Assembly (NCBI GenBank): GCA_039810085.1
Contig: JBDHWG010000002.1
Location: 96,281-160,280 of the forward strand
Direction: 5' to 3'
DNA from: Anaerolineae bacterium
GTDB lineage: Bacteria; Chloroflexota; Anaerolineae; Epilineales; JAHCIE01
Length of the DNA: 64,000 nt
Shown: piece after piece, positions 35,585 to 45,700 of the stretch
Layout: every line of letters starts with the position of its first letter
How positions within the stretch are numbered: position 1 is the first letter of the stretch
Program-made: the position numbers and the translations under genes
The notes under the pieces: model-generated
What the model was told of the DNA's origin: nothing
The model's input: only the letters and a program-made list of their open reading frames with translations
Databases searched by the model: none

Positions 35585-35866
35585 GTGGACATATTGAGGG
35601 AACGAACAGTTCGGTTGGAAACACCCAATGCTAACGGGAACGGCCACGCCGCCGAGGGCAGCGTCATCATCGCGGCGGTCGGGGTCTTCCGCGAGGCGGA
35701 ACCTGGTCACACCGTGCGTGAGACGCTGGCTGGCGTTGGGGTGCCCGGCCCTGCGCCGGGCCAGGCGCTTCGGGTGAACCAGGAGGAACTTCAGGCGAAC
35801 GACATGGACCGGGTCTTGAGGCCGGGCGATAAAGTGACCATTGTCAATCGCGTCGTGGGTGGGTAG
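35585..35866 (+). CDS. Ubiquitin-like beta-grasp protein (ThiS/MoaD-like) ending in Gly-Gly
   Basis: GTG start with AAAGGAGAG SD. The C-terminus is ...RVLRPGDKVTIVNRVVGG followed directly by a stop. It lies 18 nt downstream of the E1 gene. Confidence 0.7.
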   Translation: MDILRERTVRLETPNANGNGHAAEGSVIIAAVGVFREAEPGHTVRETLAGVGVPGPAPGQALRVNQEELQANDMDRVLRPGDKVTIVNRVVGG

Positions 35867-35931
35867 GTGTCCCGATGGGGGTATTCGGGATACGCCAGTA
35901 CCCCCATCTCACATCTTATACGGAGGAACGC

Positions 35932-36840
35932 ATGCGCCACATCGCCGTGGTTGGGGCGGGTTACGTCGGTGTAACAACTGCCATCGGGCTTGCGAGCCTG
36001 GGCTACCGTGTCATTGTTGTGGACATTGATGGAGATCGCATCGCGCAGCTTCAGCAGGGCCAAGTCCCGTTCTATGAACCGGGGCTGCCTGAGATGCTCC
36101 GCGAGATGCAACTCGTCGGCCGCCTGAGCTTCACGACAAGCTACCAGGCAGCCCTCCACGATGCCGACATCGCGTTTGTCGCTGTCGGCACTCCGTCGGG
36201 CGACCGGGGCGAGGCCGACCTGTCCTACATGCGAATCGGTCGCGCATTTCTGCAAGCTGGACTCGGATTTGGCGGCTCGTGCTTTCCAAAGGATGTCAAA
36301 GCGCTCCGGCACACCCTGGACACGTTCGGCTGCAATACGATGCTCGTGGATGCGATCCTCGGCATCAATGCCGAGCAGCGCCAGCGTGCCATCCAGGTGG
36401 TTGAGCGCCTCTTGGGTGGTTTGTCGCTCCGCACCGTCGCCGTGCTTGGTCTGGCGTTCAAGCCAAACACCTCTGACGTGCGGGAGTCGCCGGGGTTGGA
36501 GATTGTCCGCCTGCTTCACGCTGGGAATGCCCTTGTGCGCGCCCACGATCCTGTCGTCGGCCCCCAGGCGGTTGGACTGCCGCCAGCTGTGGCGTACTTC
36601 GACGATGTGTACGAGATGGTCACGGACTGTGACGCCATTATCATTGCCACAGAGTGGGATGAGTACAAGAAGCTCGACTTGCCGCGCCTCAAAGAGCTGA
36701 TGCGCCAGCCGGTGCTGGTAGATGGTCGCAACATCTTCGAGCCGGCGCGAATGCTAGAGTTGGGGTTCTGCTACCGTGGTATCGGCCGAGGGCATATGCC
36801 CTCGGCCGATATTATTTCGGCCCACGCCCGATGCTCTTGA
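35932..36840 (+). CDS. UDP-glucose/GDP-mannose dehydrogenase family protein with ~130-aa internal deletion (possible pseudogene)
   Basis: The N-terminus is MRHIAVVGAGYVGVTTAIGLA...IDGDRIAQLQQGQVPFYEPGLPEML. The catalytic motif GFGGSCFPKDV and C-terminal UDP-binding domain LGLAFKPNTSDVRESPG are present. Only ~35 aa separate the VGTP strand from GGSCFPKD, where family members have ~165 aa. Confidence 0.5.
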   Translation: MRHIAVVGAGYVGVTTAIGLASLGYRVIVVDIDGDRIAQLQQGQVPFYEPGLPEMLREMQLVGRLSFTTSYQAALHDADIAFVAVGTPSGDRGEADLSYMRIGRAFLQAGLGFGGSCFPKDVKALRHTLDTFGCNTMLVDAILGINAEQRQRAIQVVERLLGGLSLRTVAVLGLAFKPNTSDVRESPGLEIVRLLHAGNALVRAHDPVVGPQAVGLPPAVAYFDDVYEMVTDCDAIIIATEWDEYKKLDLPRLKELMRQPVLVDGRNIFEPARMLELGFCYRGIGRGHMPSADIISAHARCS

Positions 36841-36961
36841 TGAGACGGTCTTCTCGCTGCCAGACACCCAGTGTCACCCCCTTTTTCGAAAGCTTCACAC
36901 CTCGGCGATCAATACTCCGCTGACAAACTTCGCTGGTGGCGAAATTTCCCCCCTTTACCCC

Positions 36962-36990
36962 CTTGACAATAGCATGAATAGGATGTATAA
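36962..36990 (+). promoter_or_regulatory. Perfect-consensus sigma70 promoter TTGACA-17-TATAAT
   Basis: Read directly: cTTGACAatagcatgaataggatgTATAATatatat. It is followed by an AT-rich stretch with direct repeats tatatataga. Confidence 0.5.
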
Positions 36991-37175
36991 TATATATAGA
37001 CTAAATGGTATATATAGAATGTATATGCTTACTGCTTCGCGTCGCGCGCGTAAGACTTCGCTGCCATCCCAGCCGCCGGCCACCGTCTGGGTCAGAACCA
37101 AGTTCGTGGACTTTGGGGCGCCCTGCTATGTGGACAGGTTCGACACCGTCATCGTTCCAATGGAGGAACCCGCTC

Positions 37176-37370
37176 ATGACGACCTATACCCGCTCCCATT
37201 CGAAGTCCCGCCTGCTCATGCTCCTGCCGGCCCTGGCCGTGGTCGTGTTCATCGCAACGTCCGACCTGCCGCACAAGTCGCCCCACAGCTTCACTTGCGT
37301 CTCGGGCCAGCACACTCAATCCAAGGGTGTTTGCGAGATGAAGCCGAATGGCGAGGTGCCCTTCATCTAG
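37176..37370 (+). CDS. 64-aa small secreted/membrane peptide with two Cys (hypothetical)
   Basis: A GGAGGAA SD lies 7 nt before the ATG. MTTYTRSHSKSRLLMLLPALAVVVFIATSDLPHKSPHSFTCVSGQHTQSKGVCEMKPNGEVPFI has signal-peptide-like features. It is in-frame with the longer ORF 37005..37370, whose first 57 aa look like GC-frame noise. Confidence 0.35.
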   Translation: MTTYTRSHSKSRLLMLLPALAVVVFIATSDLPHKSPHSFTCVSGQHTQSKGVCEMKPNGEVPFI

Positions 37371-37517
37371 TCATACCGCGTGCTCGTGATACCCCTCGAC
37401 AACTACATACGACTCTTGCGTGTGGGCGACGGCGCGTCCCGTCGCCCACCTTCATTTCCTTCCTGGCCCTTCGCTGCACCGTCCATGCGCCCGTCTACTC
37501 GCCTGCATGCGTAGTTT

Positions 37518-39006
37518 GTGACGTAAGAAGAGTGAGACCAGCTGGGGTCGAGTCGGTAGGAGAACCATCACAACCCCAGGAGGTCTCAGACAATGATGCA
37601 GCAAGACGTCGGCCAGCGCAAGGATGAGATAGATGATAGCAAGTTGTCGGCAGCGCTGAGCCAGCAGATGATCGCCTTTCTCGCCCCTCTGCTGGTACGG
37701 TTGGATGCCTACTTGGACAAGCGATTAGTGCGTACATTCGTCAGAACCTTGGACCCCATGCTCATCTTCCGCCAGCGCCCTGGGGGGCTGTTGCTCAGTG
37801 AGTTGGGCGCCTTCATCACATCGCCGGCTCATGCCCCGGCGGGCACCAAGCGGCTGGGCAACCTCATCCGCTCGCCGCGTTGGAGTGCCAGCTTGCTCGA
37901 CGCCTATCACTGGCATCTGGCACAGCAGCGCCAAACCGAGTTGGAAGCGGCGGGCGAGGCGAGCCTCGTCATCTGGGACACCAACGAACTCGAGAAGGCC
38001 GAGAGCCGCCAACTCGAAGGACTGTGCGCGGTACGCTCCTTGAAGGCGGCGCGCCTCACTCGTCATCGCCCCGGCTTCACGCAGCCGCCGCTGGGGCACA
38101 AGCGTGTCTTCGTCCCCAGCTGCCACTGGCTCAGCCTCATGGTCAGTGGTATGAGTGGGCCGCCCACCCTCGCGGCCATGCGCTGGTGGACGAGCCGCGG
38201 CCCGCTCGCCTCCGACATGCGCACCGAGGAAGGGGCGCTGGTGGAGGACTGTCGGCGGCTGTGGGTACGACGCGTACGCCATGTCTTCGACCGTGGCTTC
38301 GCCGGCAACCCGTGGTTGACCCGCTTGCGGCAGGCGGATGTCCGCTTCGTCCTGCGCTCGCCTGGTCGCTATCACCTCCTCGATGCTCAGGGTCGTGACC
38401 GACCCGCCTAGCGGGTGGCGTTCGGGAAGCGAACCCAAGACTACCGTTACCTGCGCGACACCCGTCGCAGTTGTCCACGCAAGATCGGCTTGCTGGTTCT
38501 GCCGGTCACCCATCCCGAGCATCCCGACTGGCCGCTGTGGCTCTTGGTCTCGCGCCAAGGCCAGGGCCGCTCGCCCTGGTATCTGCTGACCAACGATCCT
38601 ATCACCACGCTTGATGAAGGCTGGCAGAGGGTCTTGGCCTACGCCCGTCGCTGGCAGATCGAGCAGACGTGGCGCTTCAGCAAGAGTGAGTTAGCGATGG
38701 AGAGCCCTCACGTCTGGCGCTGGGCGGATCGCCGCAAGTTGCTCCTGATGGCGTCCCTCGCCTGTGCCTTCCTGTTGCTCCTCCTGCGTCAGTGGTGCCA
38801 TCGCACGGGGCAACGTCTCCGCCAGGTACGCTTGCCCCTCTATCGCTTGCGCTCGGCCCTCAGTCGTTTGTGGCTGGCTCATGCCCCGCCATCCCTCGAC
38901 TTCGCCTTGTTAAATTCGGGATGACTCAGGTGGCTGCTTTTCCTCCCCCTCTCCTTCATTTAGAATACAACTCATCTGTAGCCGCCCATGTTACTTACGA
39001 CGTCAC
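37518..39006. mobile_element. IS4/IS701-like insertion sequence (~1.49 kb) with imperfect terminal inverted repeats
   Basis: The left end GTGACGTAAGAAG (37518-) and right end CTTACGACGTCAC (38994-39006) are inverse complements sharing GTGACGT..AAG. Together they enclose a DDE-type transposase reading frame. Confidence 0.5.
37593..38924 (+). pseudogene. IS4/IS701-family DDE transposase interrupted by an in-frame TAG stop (38409-38411)
   Basis: ORFs 37593..38411 (272 aa) and 38415..38924 (169 aa) are in the same frame and are separated only by TAG. The combined ~442 aa is typical of full-length IS701/IS4 transposases. The second part carries the conserved YARRWQIEQTWRFSK motif. Confidence 0.55.
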
Positions 39007-39086
39007 CGGCGCATCATCGAGTACGAGTTTTCCGACAACTATCATACCCAAACAAACCAGCAACGCGGTGACGTGGCGTACCACGA

Positions 39087-39527
39087 TCATGCCTTGGAAG
39101 AGCTCTTCGCTTTGTCTTCTTTCAACAGCCGATCGTAGCAGCCGCCCCAGAGATCGGGCGTGCGCGTCATCTTTGTGAGCTTGATATCGCTGAAGCGCGG
39201 CAGCAGCAGCGCGAGCACCGTCGGCAAGTCGTTCCACCGCTCTCGCACCAGCACGACCTCCAACTGCCGCGCCATGGGCTCAACCCACGCCCACTGGAGC
39301 CTAAAACGATCCGCCTTCATGTAATAATCTCGCTTCTCCCACGCCGCGGCACTTGTATCCACACCCTGCTCGATACCCCGCAGCGAGTAGACGATGAGCG
39401 CCGCGAGGTCTCGGGCCTCGTCGTCAATGGCTTGCTTCTGACCGAGCAGCCGCAGAGCTTCAGCAATTGTCCGCCGCAGCCGATTGCGCTCGGCGCCTGC
39501 ACTATCGGTATTCACCACCCTACCCAT
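39087..39527 (-). CDS. Hypothetical 146-aa protein whose 3' half is duplicated in inverted orientation 400 bp away
   Basis: ORF of reasonable composition. The duplicated copy at 39666..39947 (+) encodes a ~90%-identical C-terminal segment. Confidence 0.4.
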   Translation of the reverse strand: MGRVVNTDSAGAERNRLRRTIAEALRLLGQKQAIDDEARDLAALIVYSLRGIEQGVDTSAAAWEKRDYYMKADRFRLQWAWVEPMARQLEVVLVRERWNDLPTVLALLLPRFSDIKLTKMTRTPDLWGGCYDRLLKEDKAKSSSKA

Positions 39528-39900
39528 ATCGCCTCCATGGACTTGAACAAGCGTTCGAGAGTCTACTCTGCTTTGATGCTCAGGTCAAACGTCAGGAGCA
39601 AGGTTCTTGGGACGTGTGTATGAGAGACTCATCAGTGTCAAGCGGCGCTGGGCGTCACCAGTATCGTGAGAACTTGGAGTAAGTCGACGGGCGAGAGCGT
39701 ATACCTATTGTGGCGGAACGCAGATCGTTTTAGGCTCGAGTGGGCGTGGGTTGAGCCCATGGCGCGGCAGTTGGAGGTCGTGCTGGTGCGAGAGCGGTGG
39801 AACGACTTGCCGACGGTGCTCGCGCTGCTGCTGCCGCGCTTCAGCGATATCAAGCTCACAAAGATGACGCGCACGCCCGATCTCTGGGGCGGCTGCTACA
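39135..39900. repeat. Inverted duplication: arms ~39135-39318 and ~39716-39900 (about 90% identical) flanking a ~400-bp spacer
   Basis: Overlapping ORFs on both strands give near-identical peptides: RFRLQWAWVEPMARQLEVVLVRERWNDLPTVLALLLPRFSDIKLTKMTRTPDLWGGCY and MERLADGARAAAAALQRYQAHKDDAHARSLGRLL, each seen twice in opposite orientation. Confidence 0.7.
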
Positions 39901-40222
39901 ACCGACTACGGAGAGAGGAGAAAGCCAAGACCGCTTCCAAGGCATGATCGTGACGGGTAGTGTCGTTTCCTCATCCTTCATGCTTGCCGCTGCTCTCGCC
40001 GCACTCCCTGCGCCTCATCACGCGGCCAGACGAAACACGATCTCACCAGACCTCCATGCCGTAACGGTAGGTGGAGTTTCATCGTCTTACACAATAGATC
40101 ACCTTTTCTCCCGTCTGGTTCGGCATGCCGCTGCGCACTCGCCTCACGCCTTCGCCATATCCTAGGGCCTGCCTGAAAAGCAGTAAACACGTAGTCTGGA
40201 GCCGAGCGCAAAGGAGTGCTCA

Positions 40223-42757
40223 ATGTCCGGCCGTCTATGCTTTGTCCTCCTCGCAGTCCTCGGATTGTGCGTGGCTTTTGCCGTTCTAGCATGGAATGGA
40301 AATGGCGTGGATGTCGCGCGGGCTGACAGCAGCGAGTATACCCTGCTCGCCGCCGAATACTGGCAAGGCGGACTATACGCCATCGATCCGCAGACGGGGG
40401 CCTACGGCTTGCTGGCCGGACTTATCCGTGCGCCCGAGATCGTCGTTGACGCGGCGCTGGTCCCCGGCACGCGCCGCCTCATTATGAGCAGTGAGCCGCA
40501 CTCGGTCTCGGATCCAAGTCGTCTGTGGCAGCTGGACCTCGACGCGCCGAACCGGCGGTTTCTCCCGGTTCTCTCGGACCTGGACGGGGCCGCCGGGGTG
40601 GCCATCAAGCCTGATGGGTCGGGCGTGCTCGTGGCCGAGTTTCGCGGCGACTTGTCGGGCCACTTCTGGCTGACCGAGTGGAACTGGACCACCGGACAAA
40701 CGCGCCGCGTCGCGACGTTCACCCGCCAACTCTGGAGCCCACAGTATACGGCGACCGGCCGCCTGTTCGTCTCGGATGGAAACGGCGATCAGTGTGAGAT
40801 CCAGGAGCTCAATCCGGCGACCTACGTCTCGCTGCATCGCTGGCCGATCCGCTGCAACCCCCAGTTCGGCTCACCATCGGCCTTTGGCTACGACCCCAGC
40901 ACGGGCGACCTGCTCATTGCGGACGGCCACACATACCTGTCGCGCTTCAACCCCGAACGCGACAGCCAGCCCCGTCTCTGGATGACCTGGCCGGACACGT
41001 GGGAGGGCGCGCCCCAGTCGCTGGCTGTGGCGCCGGATGGGACGATATTTAGCGTCTCGTGGGGATCGGACATCAACGGCGGCCAGACGATGGGCATCCT
41101 CAAGATCCTCCCCGACAAGACGTACTCTTGGCTCGTCCCGCCAGGCAGCCGTAATCTCCAGAGCAATCTTGGCTTGTGGAACAGCCTGGTCATCCTGCCC
41201 GATCCCCGGCCGTCTACCATCAGCCCCATGATGACTTATACCCCGACGGCTTACCCCTCGCCGACCCTGTCGCCGACAGCGACCGGCTCGCCCACGCCAA
41301 CGGCGACACCGCGCCCCGACCAGGTGGACATCGAGATTACGCCCGCGCCGCAGCAGGCAGGATACTTCAGCACCGTCCACGGCGCGAACCTCGGCGCGGC
41401 CACCCTGTTTAGTGGCGTCCTCGGCGGCAGCGACGTGTACCACGCCGTGGCCCAATTCGACCTGCCGACGCTCCCGCCCGGCGCGCAGATCATCGACGCC
41501 AGCATCAGCTTCACCGGCAAGACCGACGACTTCCTGCACCGCGACCAGCCGGGCGACTGGAAGCTCTTTGTCCTGGCGGAGCAATATGACGCTATGCTGC
41601 CGACACTGACCTATAGTGATGTGCATAACGCCGGTGTCGAAGCAGGTCTCAAAGAACTTTTCCGGCCAGGTGACCTGTCCGTTGGCGCGCCCAATACCTG
41701 GCACTTTGCCGGCCTGGACATGACGTCGCTGTACCGCAATCTCCGCCATAGTGACAAGGTCACCGTGCGGCTGGATGGGCCGGCCAGCCTCACGCCGCCG
41801 GACCAGCTCTTCGGGTGGTATGGCGCGACGGATGGGGCGAAGGCGCCAAGGCTGCGGATCAGCTATGTCGCGCCCGTGACGCAGACCCTCACCCCCAGCC
41901 CCTCTCCCACAGCGGTAGAAGAAACGCCGACGCTAACCGCGACGCCGACGGCAACCCTCACCCCCAGCCCCTCTCCCACACAGGGCGAGGGGAGTCAGAC
42001 GCCGACGGCGACCTCCACTCCTAGCCCGACGGCGACCCGTGAGCCGACCGCAACACCGACGCCCACCATCCCGACCGTGTCCGTCCGGTTCGATAAGCCG
42101 TACTACGTCGGGCCGAGCGACGTCGCCCGCGTCTACGTCTTCGACCCCACCGTCAGCCGGGGGCCGATTTTCGCGCGCGCCTCCAGCAGCGGCGCGTTTG
42201 GGAGCGCCGTACTCACCCTCTGGTCCAGCCCTACCACGCCGGGTGTCTTCATCTCCGACGAAGATATCTCCTTCTGCCTGCCCAACACCTGCGGCAGTAG
42301 TGGGGCGAACCCAACGGCCCATCTGCGTGTCTCGCCACCCTCGACCGACCTGATCGTCGAGTACCCGGCCACGAACCCGAAGACCACCGGCCAGGCGCAG
42401 TGGTTCGAAGTCGCTCCGCCGACCGCCACGCCGACACTCACACCCAGCCCCTCACCCACTTTGGGGCCCAGCCAGACGCCAACGCCGACGATGACCATAA
42501 CGGCGACGAGTACAAGCACATGGACGCCAACGGCGACGGCGAGCGTGACTGTTACGCCTAGCCCTTCGCTCACCCCAAGCGAGGCGAGTTCAACACCGAC
42601 CCCAACTGCAACGTCAACGGCCACACCCGGCCAGTCGCCGACGGCCACCCTCACCCCCAGCTCGTCACCGACAGCGACGGCCACGCTCACGCCGACAGCC
42701 ACGCCGACCCGTCCGACAGGTCAGCACACGGTGTACCTACCCCTCGTGAGCCGCTAG
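40223..42757 (+). CDS. Secreted beta-propeller-like protein with TP-rich linkers and C-terminal ...VYLPLVSR motif
   Basis: Signal peptide MSGRLCFVLLAVLGLCVAFAVLA. The N-terminal ~330 aa has repeated beta-strand-like motifs (DG-rich, six-bladed-propeller-like). There are multiple (T/S)P(T/S) linkers. It ends QHTVYLPLVSR. Confidence 0.6.
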   Translation: MSGRLCFVLLAVLGLCVAFAVLAWNGNGVDVARADSSEYTLLAAEYWQGGLYAIDPQTGAYGLLAGLIRAPEIVVDAALVPGTRRLIMSSEPHSVSDPSRLWQLDLDAPNRRFLPVLSDLDGAAGVAIKPDGSGVLVAEFRGDLSGHFWLTEWNWTTGQTRRVATFTRQLWSPQYTATGRLFVSDGNGDQCEIQELNPATYVSLHRWPIRCNPQFGSPSAFGYDPSTGDLLIADGHTYLSRFNPERDSQPRLWMTWPDTWEGAPQSLAVAPDGTIFSVSWGSDINGGQTMGILKILPDKTYSWLVPPGSRNLQSNLGLWNSLVILPDPRPSTISPMMTYTPTAYPSPTLSPTATGSPTPTATPRPDQVDIEITPAPQQAGYFSTVHGANLGAATLFSGVLGGSDVYHAVAQFDLPTLPPGAQIIDASISFTGKTDDFLHRDQPGDWKLFVLAEQYDAMLPTLTYSDVHNAGVEAGLKELFRPGDLSVGAPNTWHFAGLDMTSLYRNLRHSDKVTVRLDGPASLTPPDQLFGWYGATDGAKAPRLRISYVAPVTQTLTPSPSPTAVEETPTLTATPTATLTPSPSPTQGEGSQTPTATSTPSPTATREPTATPTPTIPTVSVRFDKPYYVGPSDVARVYVFDPTVSRGPIFARASSSGAFGSAVLTLWSSPTTPGVFISDEDISFCLPNTCGSSGANPTAHLRVSPPSTDLIVEYPATNPKTTGQAQWFEVAPPTATPTLTPSPSPTLGPSQTPTPTMTITATSTSTWTPTATASVTVTPSPSLTPSEASSTPTPTATSTATPGQSPTATLTPSSSPTATATLTPTATPTRPTGQHTVYLPLVSR

Positions 42758-42763
42758 AAGGAG

Positions 42764-45700
42764 ATGCCCAGCATGTCCAAGGCTTTTCGCGCCACCATTG
42801 TGACAGTCCTGGCGCTCGCTCTCGCGCTCTTTGCTCTCGGGTTGCTGCGCGTCGAGGCGGGATCACCCGCGACGCCGACCGGGCAGCCGACGGCTGACTT
42901 CGCCTGGGACGACCTGGCCCGTCCGCCCATGACCTCCAACGTCCGCTTCTCAGGCCGCTACCTCGTGCAGCTCGCCGACCCGCCCCTCGCCAGCTACAAA
43001 GGCGGTATCACGGGGCTGGCGGCGACGGCGCCGTCGGCGACCGGAGCCGCCAAGCTCGCAACGGCGTCAGCCGCCACCCAGGCGTATGTAAGCCACCTCC
43101 AGGCGCAGCAGGCGGCCGTCGAAGCCGCCTTGAAGCAAGCCGCCCCCGCCTCAACAGTCGAGCGGCACTATCAGACCCTCTTCAACGGCCTGGCAGTGCG
43201 CATGAGCGCGTCCGACGCCGAGAAAGTGCGCGGGCTGGCGGGGGTCAAAGCCGTCGTCCCCGATCAGTCCTACAGCCTCCTGATGGACCACAGCCTGCCG
43301 CTGATCGGCGCGCCCCAGTTGTGGCAACAGCTCGGCGGCGCGGCTGAGGCCGGGCGCGGGGTGAAGGTGGCCGTCGTGGATACAGGCATCTACATCTCCC
43401 ATACCCTGTTCAACCCGGCCGGCTTCCAGTATCCGCCTGGCTTCCCGAAAGGCGACACGCGCTTCACGACGCCCAAGGTCATCGCCTCCCGCGCCTATTT
43501 CCGCCCCAACGACCCGCCAAGGCCCGGCCACGAGACACCCCTGCCCGACCCTGGCGCCGACTTCTCCCACGCGACGCACGTCGGCGGCACCATCGCCGGC
43601 GCCGTGAACACCACGGCGATCTTGACCGGCGAGGTGGGCGCGACCTATGGCGTCACCCACACCATTAGCGGCGTCGCGCCCGGCGCCTGGCTCATGAACT
43701 ACAAGGTCTTCTACGCTGGCGTCAGCGGCGAGAAGGATGCGTACAGCGCCGAGCTGATCGCGGCCCTGGAGGACGCCGTCCTCGATGGCGCCGACGTCAT
43801 CAGCAACTCGTGGGGCGGCGATCATATCGGCGCGAGCTGGGTGGACCCCATCGTCCAGGCGGCAGAGGCAGCGGTAGATGCCGGGGTGGTCGTCGTGTTC
43901 GCGGCGGGCAACAGCGGCTCCGCGCCCGTCACCCTCAGCAGCCCGGCCGTCTCGCCGCGCGTCATCACCGTCGGGGCCAGCTCCACGCCTATTACCCTGA
44001 CCTACCCCGCCGGCCGCATCAACGTCACCGCGCCGACCCCCGTCATCACCAGTGTCGTCGGGCTTATCATGAAAGGGATGGTGGACCTCGGCCCGCCGGT
44101 GACGCGAACGGTTGGCCCGCTGCCCTATGTCTGGGCGGGCGCGGTCACCGACGACCATGACCCTGATGGCTGTCACCTGGACGGGACCAGCCCGTACACC
44201 GGCCAGGCGCTAGAGGGCAAGATTCTGCTTGTCCAGCGCGGGACGTGCCTGGCGGTGGAGAAGGTCCGCCACGCCCAGGCAGCTGGGGCGCGGGCCGTCG
44301 TCATCTACGAGCGGACCGACTGGTCGTGGGACAGCAACTGCTACACGTGCCAGGACGTGGTCATCCCCGTCGTCTCCACCCTGAAAGACGAGGGCCACGC
44401 CCTCGTGGACTGGTACACCCGCTACCCCACCGAGGCACAGCTCGAGATCAGCGTCGAGCCGCGCTACGTGCCCGTCCCGGCCGACGCGGTCACGTACTTC
44501 AGCTCGCGCGGCCCGACGCCCGACCTGCGCCTCAAGCCCGACGTCATCGCGCCGGGTCTGTATATCGTCTCCGGCGGCTACGGGCCAGGCGACAACCCCC
44601 ACGCCGGCTTCGGCGTCGCATCGGGCACAAGCATGGCGACGCCCCACGTCGCGGGCAGCGCCGCTCTGCTGCGCCAGCTTCACCCGGACTGGTCGCCCGA
44701 CCAGGTCAAGTCGGCGCTGATGACGACGGCCAGGATCGAGGGCCTGCATGCGGAAAGCTCGGGCAAGGTCTCGACGCTTCTAGACACGGGTGCGGGACGC
44801 ATTGACCTCAGACACGCGGGCGATCCGGGCGTGACGCTGGACACGCCGAGTCTGGTCGCGCAGCCCCGCCAGGGCACGACCTTGCGCCAGACGGTACACG
44901 GTAAGAGCGTCGCCGAAGACGAGGAGACCTACGCCGTCACCATCAGCCGAACGGTCGGCGCGGATACAGGTGTCATCCTGCGGCCCGCCGTTTCCCAGGT
45001 ACAGGTTGCGCCGGGCGCGAGCCTCGACCTGGAGGTGCAGTGGGCGGTCGCGCCAGACGCTGCACCGGGCGACTACGAGGGCCTGATCTGGTTGCGAGGC
45101 GCGCATCACACGGCGCACATCCCCTATTGGGTGCGCGTCCTGCCCGCTCAGCGGCACAGTGTCCTCCTGCTTGACCAGGACGGCTCGAGCGCCACAACCA
45201 GCGGTGGCCCGTACCCCGACTACGCCCGCGTCTACACTGAGACACTGGAGCGGCTGGGCATTCGCTACACCTACTTTGACGGCGACAAGGAGCACCTCGC
45301 CGAGCGATTCAGCGTCGGCGACCTGCTCCAGTACCAGGCGGTGATCTGGTTCACCGGCGATAGCCGCATCACCCACGGGGATTTCAAGACCTGGCTGGAC
45401 CAGCAGTGGCTGATAGACTACCTCAACAGCGGCGGGCGCCTTCTAGCGACGGGCCAGAACCTGGCGACCGTTGCCTCACTCTACTCGGCGCCGGGCGAGA
45501 GCCTGCTCTACCAGGGCTACCTCGCGGCCGAGCACGTCCAGGACAACGTCTTCGCGGGGCAGGGGGGAGCGCCGACGCCGACGCAGCGGACTGTTCGCGC
45601 GCTGGAGGCCGCACCGTTCCTGGCGGGGATGACACTCGACCTGAGCGGCGGCAACCAGGACGCCATAGACGAGATCGCGCCCAACGAGGGCTGGGACGTA

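Noticed and set aside
36776-37627. 283-aa plus-strand ORF spanning the consensus promoter and AT-rich region
   Set aside because: It reads through a promoter and an AT-rich spacer and continues past the IS terminal repeat. The translation is Pro/Arg-rich noise. It was replaced by the small 64-aa ORF with a proper SD.
40373-41749. Minus-strand ORFs 40373..40837 and 40871..41749
   Set aside because: They are antisense to the secreted beta-propeller gene.
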